Source: Cladosporium halotolerans
Taxonomy: Eukaryota
Reading direction: 5' to 3'
Assembly: GCF_011745625.1 (NCBI RefSeq)
Contig: NW_027191470.1
Coordinates: 1 to 64,000, forward strand
Length of the DNA stretch: 64,000 nucleotides
In this document: piece after piece, positions 1-12,043 of the stretch
How positions within the stretch are numbered: the first letter of the stretch is position 1
Layout: each line of letters opens with the position of its first letter
Made by a program: the position numbers and the translations under genes
The notes under the pieces: generated by a model
Database searches by the model: none
What the model was told of the DNA's origin: nothing
What the model saw: the letters and a program-made list of their open reading frames with translations, nothing else

Positions 1-16
1 GTCGATGTGAAGTAAG

Positions 17-98
17 CAATCAATCAATCTGAAAAATCCTTGGCAATCAATCAAGTCAGGGCCCTGAAACTTGAATTGATTGATTATGCACACCTCTG
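17..98. mobile_element. Possible right terminus of a hAT-like DNA transposon or MITE (truncated by window edge)
   Basis: Clustered (CAAT)n/ATTG repeats in both orientations end in ...TTGATTGATTATGCACACCTCTG. The reverse complement begins CAGAGGTGTGCATAATCAATC, and hAT termini typically start with CAG/TAG. The partner end is not in the window. Confidence 0.35.
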
Positions 99-2793
99 AC
101 GACATCGAGAATGCTCAAACAACGCGCTTACCCATTGATCTTTAGTCCAGACGGCAATGTAAGAGAGCTAGATTTGATTCTAGTGCTTTAAAGAGCGACG
201 TTGACCAAGAGACGGGACTATCATATTTAAAGATCGCCCTGGGGATGAGTTCCTAGTACATCCGAGCATCAGTCGCTCCATGTCTTCCGGGACCGACCGC
301 TTTTGTTGATGCAAGCGAGTATGGTGGCCATAGAGTTCGGACGACGGCCCTGATAGAGTGGAAGGAATGCCCGTAGGCTAGAGATAGGAGCAGAGGTTCT
401 GGACGACCTTCCGCAAGGATACGTGATAGATATGGGGTTGGGCCCACTGGCGGGTAGGCAGCTGCCCTATACGGTAACGCTGAGGAATGAGGTGATTATC
501 GATGGCCTTCCAGTGGCTTGTCGAGGCCCATCGGCTGCGAGGATTGGACAACTAGTGCGAGCTTGCAATCGCTTGTCTTTCGCCGACTGGCGGCACAGGC
601 AGTGCATTTCTTGCGGTATCTTACTCTCTCGCCAGCTAATGCGACCTAAAAGCACAGCGATAACTGTCAATCATTCCGCAGTGGTCGATGGCATGCTACA
701 ATGCGCAAGCGCTCAATCAATGAAAGGAAGCTCAAGTTGCCGCTCTCTGAGCGCGCGATGACCAGCACGTCAGCGCGACATCCGGCTTCGTGATGCAAAG
801 TCAATGTCGCGTGTGTTCTTCGTGCTTTGGAGGGCTGTGCTCATTTTGCATGCGAGAACGCCTGCCGCGCCATTTTGATGCATGTTCCAGAACGAAGTCT
901 GGGCAGACAAGCGTGACAAGCACCCTGGATTCGAGCTTAGACAAAGCTTGATTTACCCTAATGATTGCGTGATAAGGATTACCTGCACTAGGCACCTGCG
1001 TTGACCGCGGCGTTCGCCGACCAAGGCTCCATCCAATTGAAGGCGGAAGATGTTATCTGGTCTGAAGCGCCGCATGTGCACTTGCGATCTGACGAGACGC
1101 GTCCGGGCCGGAGATGCTGCCAAGCATGGCCAAGCTCCGAACCTTGACTGGTTAGTGCGACGCGCCGCTGCACGTGCGCTGGAGGCGTTGGCTGGAATCT
1201 TGTGATAGAAACGAGATGTCGCGTGGCCGCTGCCGCGCCATGAGCTGGAATCAACCAGCCTTCAGTTCTCGTCAACATCCTTGTGACCACAATCTGAGGT
1301 CCTTCTGCGAATACCACGATTACAAGAACGCTAAAAACTCATCGCGATCCACGCCATACGTGTCGATAGGCCTTGTTGAAATTGACCCTTTGCTTTTTGC
1401 CAAATTTCTCCCGTGGGGCAATACGGAGTATCAGAAGGTTCGTAGAGTCGACAAGGTCCAATAGCGAACAACGAAGATGTGATGATAACGGTGAAATTGT
1501 GCGTGCAAGGCCAGGAGGCCGGCTGCACGCGCAATAATATGTCCTGGAGGCGATTCGTCTTGACCTAACGTCGTGACTGGCACTGTTGATATTGCCAATA
1601 TAATGAGGCGAGCTGGTCTCGGAGCCCGAGGTTCGAGGAACTTACAGTTAGGAACGCCGTAGCCGTTGCAAAGGCTCCCTCTTGCAGAAGACATCTTTGC
1701 GACTCCGATGGGTCGAATTAACCGTGGAAGCCTAGTTGCCTTACTCGGTCACTGCAGTAGAAATAACTGCTTGCTTTATGGATGAACACGGTTCTCGCAT
1801 ATCCGGACCATTGAGGTTGGCTTCTCCCCGACGTGCTTTGCTCAACCGCTTTGCGTCGCAGCCTCCTCAGCATTGTATTACTCGAGTCATTGATTCAACT
1901 CGAACAAGTCTTTTCAAGCCACGCAATCCGATGTTCTGGCAAGTGTTGCCTGCAGGGCGGGCAGCAAGGTGGTATGTTGTCTCTCTACTAGACGCGCCAA
2001 GCTGAGAAGAGATCCAGAGGTTGATGGGTGCTCATAATGCTGATGCAGTTCTGGTTTCTCTCTGTATTCGGTAACTGTGACCTGGGTCAACTGGCACCGA
2101 AATTCTTCAAGTTTGTTAGGCTCGGCGTCGTGTTGATGATGTCTCGACAAAGTCTCATCCAGGTGATTAAAATCGGTGAACACTGCATTCTTACGCTATC
2201 ACCAAGCGCCCGTACCCTCGCCCGGTGGTGTCAACAAGGTCATAAATAGTTGCTCGGCTGCTAAATTAGCTATCTCCAATCTGCGCGTGATGGCTCCATC
2301 GCCTTTTCGGCGAGCGAATGCCGAATCAATGACCTTGAGGTATTCGTGGTAGCTGCACTACCCAGCTGGCCTCATTTGACAATGGGTCCCGAATCTTTTG
2401 ACTGATGACTATCATCTTGCCGTCCTCGTGTGCAAGCTTCATGCCTGGGCACGGGTAATTCGTTTTGCGCGAGGGTATCCATTGGATGTGGTGACCTGTC
2501 ATAGCAAGAATGCCTGGGACAGCGGTCCTCAGGGCTGATGGTAACATGGCGCACTGGTTACCCAGTATCGGGGCCGGTTCTGTGGAGAGCGTCGCGAGGC
2601 ATGAAGCAGAACATTGAGAATTCAGGTCGTACCTAATACGACAAGCACACGGGCGGTCAGACAATCACGCTGTCACCTGATCTCTGCCCAATTACCAATC
2701 GTAGGTAGGAACACCTTTCCAAAGTACACAAGTCCCTGAAGTGCCTGATGCAGTTTGAAAGCCACAGACGTGAGCCAGTCGAAGTGAAGAGGC

Positions 2794-2831
2794 TTATCAG
2801 ATGTCCTTCCGGCGGCGGTGTCATCAGATAA
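2794..2831. promoter_or_regulatory. Pair of SreA/Sre-type iron-repression GATA boxes (ATCWGATAA) upstream of the ferroxidase
   Basis: TTATCAGAT at 2794-2802 (ATCTGATAA on the minus strand) and ATCAGATAA at 2823-2831. A near-match ATCTGATTA lies at 3368-3376. Confidence 0.7.
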
Positions 2832-3382
2832 CAAATAGCCCGCCGGGCGACCAATCATCGAATGGGCTTCAGCCGCCACAACATCACATGTCCGACGATG
2901 GCACACCCGCCGGATCTTTGTTTTCGAAAATGTCCTGGCCAAGAACCGAAGACACCAAGACTCACGCTTGACTCCATCAAGCTGCGACCCGAGGCATGCC
3001 GCCTCCCACGTGTGCGTTTACCGGTGTCACTGGGGCCCCGCCTCCGCATCAATCAAGCACTCCATGTTTGCTGCATCTCCATGGAAGCTGCATCTAATTT
3101 GTCGTGATGCGGAGTCCACCGGACGAAGAGCTCGTGCTCGAAGTAGCGCCGAAGGACTCGCTTCTGACTGCTAGCCCGGATTCATCCTCGCCTGCTTCCA
3201 CAATCAGACCATGCGGGCTGAGCGGATCTCACGCGTTTGGCTTTTTCGCCCTCACTAAAGAGCATACCACGAGAAGTCCCACCCTCCCTTTCGTGCGAGG
3301 TCATGTACTAGGCATGGCCGTACATAGGAGACGCAATTCTGAGCTTCGTTTCATTTCTGCTGCCACGATCTGATTACGAAAC

Positions 3383-5391
3383 ATGGCGGTGCACGTGGCC
3401 GTACTACTCCTTACCTGCCATGCCCTGGCCACTTTCGCCGCCACCCATACGTTTGACTGGAACATCACTTGGGTCACGGCAAACCCGGATGGCGCGTTCG
3501 AGCGTCCAGTCATTGGCATCAACGGGCAATGGCCTCTGGATGTGCTGAACTTTACAAAAGGCGACAGAGTGGTCGCAAATGTTCACAATATGGTATCTCG
3601 CCCAGCTCAGGCTTCCACAATCCCTTTTTGACATGGGCATCTTAGCTTGGGAATCAATCTACCAGCATGCACTTCCATGGATTATTTCAGAACGGTACCA
3701 GCGACATGGACGGTCCTCCGGGTGTCACGCAGTGCGAGATATCAGCCGGATCGACGTTCGTCTACAACTTCACCGTGGACCAGACAGGATCGTATTGGTA
3801 AGCGTGTCGTCAATCGTGTAGTGCCGCGCACTGCTACTTCGTGCTTGCGCTCAACCTGATTATGCAGGTATCATTCGCACACAAGAGGGCAATACCCTGA
3901 CGGGCTGCGGCAGGCCTTCTTCGTTGATGACCCAAATGATCCTTACAAAGGACAATACGACGAGGAGGTCGTGCTAACCTTATCCGACTGGTATCACGAA
4001 CAAATGCCCACACTCATCAAGGGGTTCATCAGCGTACTCAATCCCACGGGAGCCGAGCCTGTCCCCAATGCCGCTCTTCTAAATGACACACAAAACCTTA
4101 CTGTTTCGGTGCAGCCGGGAAAGACCTACCTCTTTCGCATCGTAAATGTGGGAGCATTTGCAGGTCAATATTTCTGGGTAGAGGGCCACAGCATGAGAAT
4201 CGTTGAAGTCGATGGCGTCTGGACAAATGCATCAGAAACTGACATGATCTATTTGACGGCTGCCCAAAGATGCAGTGTCCTCGTCACTACCAAACCCGAT
4301 ACTGGCGCTAATTTTGCGATGGTTGGCAGCATGGATACTGTAAGTCCCAATGCAGCTCCCCAGATCTGTATGGCGACTTTAACTTGAGCAGGACCTCTTC
4401 GACACCATTCCAGAAGGCTTGAACCCCAACGTTACCGGCTGGCTTCAATATGATGTGTCCCAGACTTTGCCACAGCCACAATCGAAGGATACTTTTGACC
4501 CTTTCGACGATTTCAATCTGATCCCGGTTGATGGACAGGAGGCACTGGGCCCAGCAGACCATACAGTGACGCTTGACATGAAGATGGACAACCTCGGGGA
4601 TGGTGCCAACTAGTAAGACTTTCACTCGTCCAACATTCCAACACCAATTGACATCCTCACAGCGCATTCTTCAACGAAATCACATATATTGCACCCAAAG
4701 TCCCCTCGCTCTATAGTGCGCTCAGCACAGGAGGGTCGGCGGTGAATCCTACGGTATACGGTACCGATACGAATGCCTTCGTTCTTAAGAAAGGGGACGT
4801 CGTAGACATAATCGTCAACAATGACGACCCCGGCAAACATCCCTTCCATCTGCACGGTCATGCCTTCCAAGTCCTGGCCCGCAGCGACGACGACGTGGGC
4901 CACTGGAATAGCTCACAAGCCGTCAATGGATTCCCGCAAGTCCCGATGCGCCGTGACACCCTCATGGTGCGACCGCAAGGGAACTTCTTGATCCGGTTTG
5001 TAGCGGACAATCCCGGCGTGTGGTTCTTTCATTGTCACATTTACTGGCATCTGGTTTCCGGCCTCGCAGCAGTCATGGTAGAGGCGCCACTTGAGTTGCA
5101 GAGTCAACTCAGCATTCTCTCGAACCACTACGAGGTGGGTGAAACAACCACAATCGCACTACATTTTTCCGCTGCTGACAAGCGCAGGTTTGCAGAGCAG
5201 GCGGCGTTCCATATCTTGGTAATGCGGCTGCGAACACGGAGCATTACTTCGACCTCGAAGGTGAGAACCGCTCGGTTGCACCGTTGCCCACGGGCTTCAC
5301 CACCGGGGGAATTGTCGCGTTGGTCTTCAGCTGTGTGGCTGCTTTCCTTGGTTTGGCGACAATAGCGTGGTATGGCGCTGCTCCTCTTTGA
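3383..5391 (+). CDS. fet3: Multicopper ferroxidase (Fet3/FetC family), multi-exon
   Basis: The spliced frame gives a signal peptide, [17 protein letters not shown] and HCHIYWH copper motifs, NPTGAEPVP (Fe-binding Glu) and a C-terminal TM helix [23 protein letters not shown], ending at TGA 5389-5391. Introns start at about 3593, 3798, 4340, 4613 and 5135. Confidence 0.95.
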
Positions 5392-5717
5392 AACAAAACA
5401 TTTGTGCCCGGATTGATGGAGAATTGGGAGGTGTTACTAGTAATGAGCTTTTTGTTGGTCCCGCATATGGCGTGAGAGACTGGACCTTGACATCATGTAT
5501 ATCAAGGCATGCCACAAGCGATGTGCAAAGCTAGCATCCCTACGGCTAGAGATTTCGTTTCCGCCTCTTCATTTCCTGGAGAACCTAGCAGGATTGAGGC
5601 TCCAATGCGAGGCGAATATCGGCGAGTTCTTCCGTTCTGCCGTGAAGGATCAGGAGATTTGACACCAAAGAACAGGCCATGCAACCAAGTGAGTTTACTA
5701 GTGGCTTTGTGGCGCTC

Positions 5718-5742
5718 ATCTGATAAGGTCTAGATCTGATAA
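5718..5742 (+). promoter_or_regulatory. Tandem SreA-type boxes upstream of the iron permease
   Basis: Two perfect ATCTGATAA copies at 5718-5726 and 5734-5742, about 330 bp before the ftr1 ATG. Confidence 0.75.
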
Positions 5743-6071
5743 AGAGCAGACCTCACATGCGAAGCAGCACCATCCCCCGCCCTGAGGAACTGCAGTCATG
5801 CGACGGTCAGCCGTGCTTGCTCGTTTACAGCTAAAAGGAAGCACTTCAAGCTTTCACTAGCGCTGGTCAAGATCTTCAAGTCTGCCTAGAGCGGGACCCT
5901 CATCGCCCTCCATCCACAACTATCAGCCGTGGACGGTGTGTTTTCATGGGGCAAGTTCGCAGTTGGCTCTCTGTTCAGTCTCTCTTCGCCTTATAATTTT
6001 TCCCTACTTCTTACTAAGGATTCGTATCGTAATTCTTGACTTGCTTGAAGTACACGAAAGCGCTTCACAAC

Positions 6072-7413
6072 ATGACTGTTCAAGTCTTCGCGGTGTCGGG
6101 TATGCGCAGTTCTTTTCCATCGCTGGGTATACACACGTAAGCTAATGTGCGCAGTGTTCTTCATTTGTTTCAGAGAATGTATCGAAACGAGCATTGTGGT
6201 TTCTGTCTTGCTTGCGTTCCTCAAGCAGACACTCGGAGACCAAAATGATTCCGTGTACAAGAAACTCATGAGACAGGTTAGTAACACCCTGCCAGATGAG
6301 TCGATGCCATGCTCACACACCTCGAGGTATGGTTCGGTGTTGGCCTTGGCCTCCTGATCGTCGTCATCATCGGCGCGGGGATGATAGGCGCTTTCTACGG
6401 TCTTCAGAAGGATATTTTTGCAAAGGCTGAAGATCTCTGGGAAGGTTTGTCCGAAGATTCGAGGACTCATCAGAGCCTACATGCGTTTATTTGCGCCTGA
6501 CACATCACATAGGCATCTTCAGCATGATTGCTGCGGTCATCATTTCTGTAATGGGCGCAGCACTACTGCGCGTCAATAAATTGCAAGACAAGTGGCGGGT
6601 CAAATTGACCAAAGCCCTCGAGACTCGTGGAAAACAGCAAAGAAGTCGGGTCAAATTCTCCACCCGGGTCAAGAGGTGGTGCGAGAAATACGCCATGTTC
6701 CTTCTCCCTTTCGTAACAGTCCTCCGCGAAGGTCTAGAAGCCGTCGTCTACATCGGAGGTGTGAGTCTGGGCCTGCCTGCAACCTCTTTCCCACTTCCAG
6801 TTGTTTGTGGAATCCTGGCAGGGTGCTTGGTGGGATATGTCATCTATCGGTAGGTGCATGCAGATATTGAACACCCATGACCATGCCGCTGACCCATCGC
6901 AGAGGCGGACGAGGCCCAAGCCTCCAGATCTTCCTCATCATATCCACTTGCTTCCTATACCTTGTTGCAGCAGGATTGTTCTCTCGCGGCGTCTGGTACT
7001 TCGAGAACTACCGATGGGGTCTTGCCATCGGCGGTGATGCCGCAGAGACTGGCTCTGGTCCCGGCTCGTACGACATTCGACAGAGCGTGTGGCATGTCAA
7101 CTGCTGCAACCCTTTATTAAATGGGGGTGGCGGATGGGGCATCTTCAACGCTGTCCTTGGGTGGCAAAACTCTGCTACATACGGCTCGGTCATTTCGTAC
7201 AACCTCTACTGGCTCGCTATCATGTGCACGTTCCTCTATATGCGTTGGCAGGAGAAAAGGAGCGCGAGCAATGGAACGACACAGAACGGACAAGACTCTG
7301 GTAGCGGAGATGATGCAGATAAAAAGGAAGTACCCGCCAGCCAGGCTAGAGAGGTCGATCATGCCAAGGCTACAGAAAATGCCGAAGCAAGAGTTGCCGT
7401 TTCCAGTGTTTGA
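6072..7413 (+). CDS. ftr1: High-affinity iron permease (Ftr1/FtrA), multi-exon
   Basis: ATG at 6072 and first intron at 6100-6154. Contains two RExxE motifs (FRECIE, LREGLE), [25 protein letters not shown] and [18 protein letters not shown]. Confidence 0.95.
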
Positions 7414-7550
7414 GGGAGTCAATTCTAGCAGGTCACATGTTGCAAGCTTTAGTGGCTAAGACCTTTATCTTGCATTTCAACCTGCATGAAGTCATTTGAA
7501 TCTCTGCGGTGATGCGACCCCGCCAATAGTGTCCTTCCAATGCCCTTCCT

Positions 7551-8461
7551 TCAGTCATGAAAGAATGTGAGATGGGTCTCGCTAGGGCGGCTCGGCTTCA
7601 GACTTGTCTTGCCCGAGTCAGAATTCTCACGATTTACATTCTGAAAGCTTTTTCCTTGAAACTTGTCCTCATCGGCTTGATGTCCGGCAGACGGACTTTG
7701 CTGACGTTGACGATGGCGGTCGCTCGTATGATGAACCGTCTCGATGGGCTTTTGTGGCTCAGTCACATGATATCGAGCGAACAGATCGTTCTGGATCCAG
7801 ATAATTTTCGTCAAAGCTCTGACGAGGTTGACTTTCTTTCTGTCGCTCAAGTCTGGCAGCGACATGATGGCTTTCAATGCAATATCTTGGATGTACCCGA
7901 GACAGACATTGAGAAAGACGTATTCCACGAACACCGGTATCTGACGAGCTTGATTCGAATGCATCCGCCTTTCAAGAATTCATTAGTTTCTCAAGTCAGC
8001 ATCCCTATATCTCGCAACTCACCCTACTAAATCGAGGTACTCCCAGTACTCTGGCTTTGTGGGGTCGCTAGTTAATCTGACGAAATACCATCGAAGGAAC
8101 ATTTTCCTCGTGTTGATTGCATCGGAGTCTGGTGCGGCCCAAACTTCAGGATTCTCGTCAATCCGTGTATCTCGAGGACGTTGTGTAAAAATACGCCCCG
8201 TGACATCGAACTCAAGCAACTTGTCATAGACCTTAGTTGTGATCATTGGAGCTGCGCTCCGGAGATGGCTTTGGCCTTCCAGAAGCGCCATAACATCGTC
8301 TGGACGGCGGTCAGGGCATACTTTGTATCTGGAACTGTTACTGAGGCGAGTTTACCTTCGCCAAAGCCCAGAAATTGATGGAGATACCGTATGCGGCTTG
8401 GCAGGGAATCTTGCAGCTGCTGTCGATCGACATGTTCCATGCTTGCGGGGAGAGCTGCCAT
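7551..8461 (-). CDS. Stand-alone protoglobin/sensor-globin domain protein (fungoglobin-like), 3 exons
   Basis: Joined ORFs give HVDRQQLQDSLPSRIRYLHQFLGF...VYDKLLEFD...RKMFLRWY...YWEYLDLVGRMH (candidate proximal His)...LGYIQD...ALTKIIWIQNDLFARYH. This pattern is typical of fungal protoglobin-domain proteins. Confidence 0.85.
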
Positions 8462-9456
8462 AGCGTCCGAAGGAATACTTAGGGCCGAAATTTAACTGTC
8501 AAGAATGGGGCTGCGCTACGTATAACGACTGTGAGGAGGCGTTCCAGGCGCATTTTCACTTGCTGGAAATCACGAGCACAGACATCGGGTCATTGTCAAA
8601 CTTTTCTGCTTCATCAATTTCACTCTCGACTGGACACAAGCTACATCTCTAGTCTCTGGAAAGTCTCGCGCTCTGATAGACGATCTGCAGATTTGTTCAA
8701 TCATATCCTAGCTGTTGATCCTTCACCCCTGTTAGTCAGCCTGCTTAGTATGCACCGGTTAGGCCGCGACGAGATTTGAGTTCAGCGGACTGGTACTAGT
8801 CAGCCTCCGACGTTTGAATGATCAGGACTCTTATCTCGTGCAACTTCTTCCGCAGCAACGGAATCCAGCCCGAAAGTCCTGTCGTGAACTTGCTCGAATA
8901 AGCCCGGTTCTACGTCGTTGAACCCCACATACCGATGATCTGCAAATCCTTATGGAGACCAAAAAGGCAACGACCAGATGCCAAGACAATGAATTAGTAA
9001 GAAGAATGGATTACACGCCCCTGCTCAACGAGTCAACCAGCAGGTTGTCGGAGAGAAAGGGAAAGGTAGCCACTCGATGCCATGGGTTGATGCGAGTTTT
9101 CACCACAAAATAAGCAAACAACAGAATCAAGTCTCCATTAACAGTCAGAATCTTTTGATTACCAGCTGATGAGGTTGATCAATCCATTGCAGACGTGGTA
9201 ACCATGAACTGGAAGATGCTCACCGCTATCATTCATGTACTTACCATTCGCGGATATTGGGGGGAAGTGAAGTCAGGCGACCGTGTCACGATCGCTCCTT
9301 CCTTCCACTCCCGAGCGCTCTCTTCATCAAGGCTTTGGGGCAACCGCGTCGTCAATATCAACAACCACCACTTTCTTGACATCGAATACACGCGCCACGC
9401 AATCACAAACGCGAAGAAAGCTGTCAACTGATCTTTCACTATCTCGAAACCACACA

Positions 9457-10236
9457 ATGACACAGACAGCCTTGTCCAGCGCCGGCCTGCTGGGAAAACT
9501 TCCGCCAGAGATCCGCAACCAGATCTACCTCGAGTTATTAGTGGACCCAATACCTATCTATGTCAGGCGCCGAATCGACATCATAGGCTCATCCAACGTC
9601 ACGCGAAGAAAAAGATACTCGAGTAGAATGCGCCAAGTCGTTCACTCCCGCGTTGTCATGAACATTTGGGACAGCGACGGAAAAGGGGAATGCGTAATAC
9701 ACCTGTTGCGTGTTTGCAAACTTGTCAATATCGAAGCTTCTCCGGTACTCTACGGCTGCAACACTTTCAGCTTCACTCACCCGCGCGACTTGAAGATTTT
9801 CCTGATTCAAATCGGCGAGTCGAAGAAGCGTCTCTGCCTGATCAAGTTCACAGCTCAGAGTGCTCTCCAAATCCCATTCAAGCGGGGAATGAATCAGGCA
9901 ATGAGGGCTCTTATAGGTGCCCGTAACCTGCAAGTGTTGCGATTTCCGGTCTCTTGTTCAGCCACAGCAAGTTCATTCGACCGTGCGAATCTGTCCCGCC
10001 TGGCACGAGCAATCGTCCCCTTCCTCTCGTGGGTTCAAGGTTTGGGGCCTGGTCCAGCACACAAAGATCCTTTAAGGATCATTCAGTTCGCTTCATCGAG
10101 TTGTCATATAGCTAATCATCAAGGAAATGGCGGCTCCACTCTTAATCACGCCACGGTCGTTTCAGAAAGGGGAAGTGGTACCCAATGCAGCTGTCCATGT
10201 ACGTTTCTAAAGTACTTCATCGACAAGATGCAATAG
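9457..10236 (+). CDS. Hypothetical protein with N-terminal F-box-like LLGKLPPEIRNQIY motif; possible premature stop
   Basis: Long ORF with LxxLPxEIRxxIY and LLRVCKLVNIEASPVLYGCNTF motifs, typical of an expanded ascomycete family. Confidence 0.7.
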   Translation: MTQTALSSAGLLGKLPPEIRNQIYLELLVDPIPIYVRRRIDIIGSSNVTRRKRYSSRMRQVVHSRVVMNIWDSDGKGECVIHLLRVCKLVNIEASPVLYGCNTFSFTHPRDLKIFLIQIGESKKRLCLIKFTAQSALQIPFKRGMNQAMRALIGARNLQVLRFPVSCSATASSFDRANLSRLARAIVPFLSWVQGLGPGPAHKDPLRIIQFASSSCHIANHQGNGGSTLNHATVVSERGSGTQCSCPCTFLKYFIDKMQ

Positions 10237-11212
10237 ATTTTCAAAGAGGAGGTTGAAAAACATCTTGACTTGGACTAAAAAGTCGCACCTAGGAGAATTA
10301 ACACTTGTCGCTGTTTCCGCCACGAAACTGAGAAGCACAAGACGACCAAAGAGCCGGACCTCGCGCATCGATCGCGTATGAGCTCGTTAACAATTGAGAA
10401 CTTCGGTCTCGAATGTAGAGTTGGTCGGCTCGGTCGCTTGGGCCAACAAGGTCACAGGATGCAACTTGTGCTGACGCAGGGGGTTGGCCACGAACGGTGG
10501 AGGATACGTTCGTCACGTATTAGCAGACAACAAGTTCAGCCACAATGAGCGGAGTCAGCAGATTAGGAAAAATCCAGGCACAAAGTCAAAATCAAAACAA
10601 CAGGTTTCTAGTACAGATCTCAACCGATTGCACAAGACACTCTGAGTTTATGATACAACTAGGAAAGATCTTCTTTTGGCTATTCCTTCAACCCCCTTCT
10701 ACAATGCCGTGCTACTATCATATGCCGTAAATCATAATGATTCGAGTCAACATGGGATATGTTGACGGCGATCGTTCCACCATATCATCACCCAACTCAG
10801 ACGTGACACTGGACTTCCTCAAAGACTTTGCACGTCTGCATCGTAGCCTGTCTCATGGCTCCGCGAGTCTTATCAATCCATGTAGATTGACTGAGTAGCG
10901 GCGCAAAAGCAGCCTTCACTTCAGCATGTTCTATTTGTTCACTTGCCGCCCAATGGCGATGATAGCGTCCCTGCTGCGCACGTGGTTACATGCGAACGAG
11001 TCAAAGCATCTTTTCCCGGCAGCTTGGAGTTTCTGACTTTTCACCACAACATCAACTTTGAGGTATCACCTAGATCAAGTCCAAGCGGTCAAAAACTGCA
11101 GATTAAGCCCAAGCGCGACTAAGAGGAACGCTTCGCCAACCTGACCCTCCTCAGTCCCAAGCCACGCCACTGCTCACGAGGATCTCGAAATTCTTACACG
11201 TCCAACTCGGCC

Positions 11213-12043
11213 ATGGAGACCTGCGGACTGCTGGGAAGATTGTCATTGAAGCTACGGAAGCGCATCTACGCCGAACTTCTCGTCACGCCGCATTGCATTG
11301 ACATCCGCCATGTCTACGAGCACAAATTTGTCGGCAAGGTCTGGTATCAAAACGGCGATGATGAAAATGGCTACGACAGCTGTCTGGACCCGATTTTGAA
11401 TGAGGGCGTGGCGATGCTGCGAGTGAATAAGCAGCTTTACAAAGAAGCATCTCAGGTCCTCTACGAAGAGAACAAGTTCTTCTTCGACGACTTCATCACT
11501 TGCCATTCCTTCCTTCGCCACACCGGGAACGCCAACCAGCATCTTGGTTCGATCGCCATATTGTACGCGATGCACTGCTATCTTCCTCCGTGGCCTACCT
11601 CCGAAGATAGAGCAGCACTGGGATCAAACATCCACTCCGTCGAAATCTCACATAAAGGAACATGCACGCAAGAGGAGGACGAGGAGTGGACTGCCAATCT
11701 TGTACCCGACTGCATCGAAGCTATTGTCAAGAGCTGCTTGCCGTTACTGCAATCGCGCAAAGCAGTGATCGAGTCTCGCGAGCTTCACCTCGAAGTGACC
11801 GATCTAATCAAAGTTGCTCCCTCGCTTTGCGAGTCTTGCGACGAAATGGAATTGCAGATTTGGGATGACGGCGAGTTTCAAGGACGCATGCACGATTGTT
11901 CCATCAATCCCGGCCGTGGTAACAAGCATGAATGGTGCGGATGTCAATGCGAGAAAGCCGGAGAAAAGGACATGATCGTTGCGGAACTTTTCAGGAAGGA
12001 GATCCATGGGCAACTCCAGCTGAGTGAGCAGTCGACGGACTAG
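11213..12043 (+). CDS. Hypothetical protein, paralogue of the 9457 gene (F-box-like N-terminus)
   Basis: 276-aa ORF with GLLGRLSLKLRKRIYAELLV and MLRVNKQLYKEASQVLYEENKF. Confidence 0.7.
   Translation: METCGLLGRLSLKLRKRIYAELLVTPHCIDIRHVYEHKFVGKVWYQNGDDENGYDSCLDPILNEGVAMLRVNKQLYKEASQVLYEENKFFFDDFITCHSFLRHTGNANQHLGSIAILYAMHCYLPPWPTSEDRAALGSNIHSVEISHKGTCTQEEDEEWTANLVPDCIEAIVKSCLPLLQSRKAVIESRELHLEVTDLIKVAPSLCESCDEMELQIWDDGEFQGRMHDCSINPGRGNKHEWCGCQCEKAGEKDMIVAELFRKEIHGQLQLSEQSTD

Noticed and set aside
253..2700. Short ORFs in the first 2.7 kb
   Set aside because: No recognisable domains, codon bias or consistent exon structure, so a gene call is not supported.
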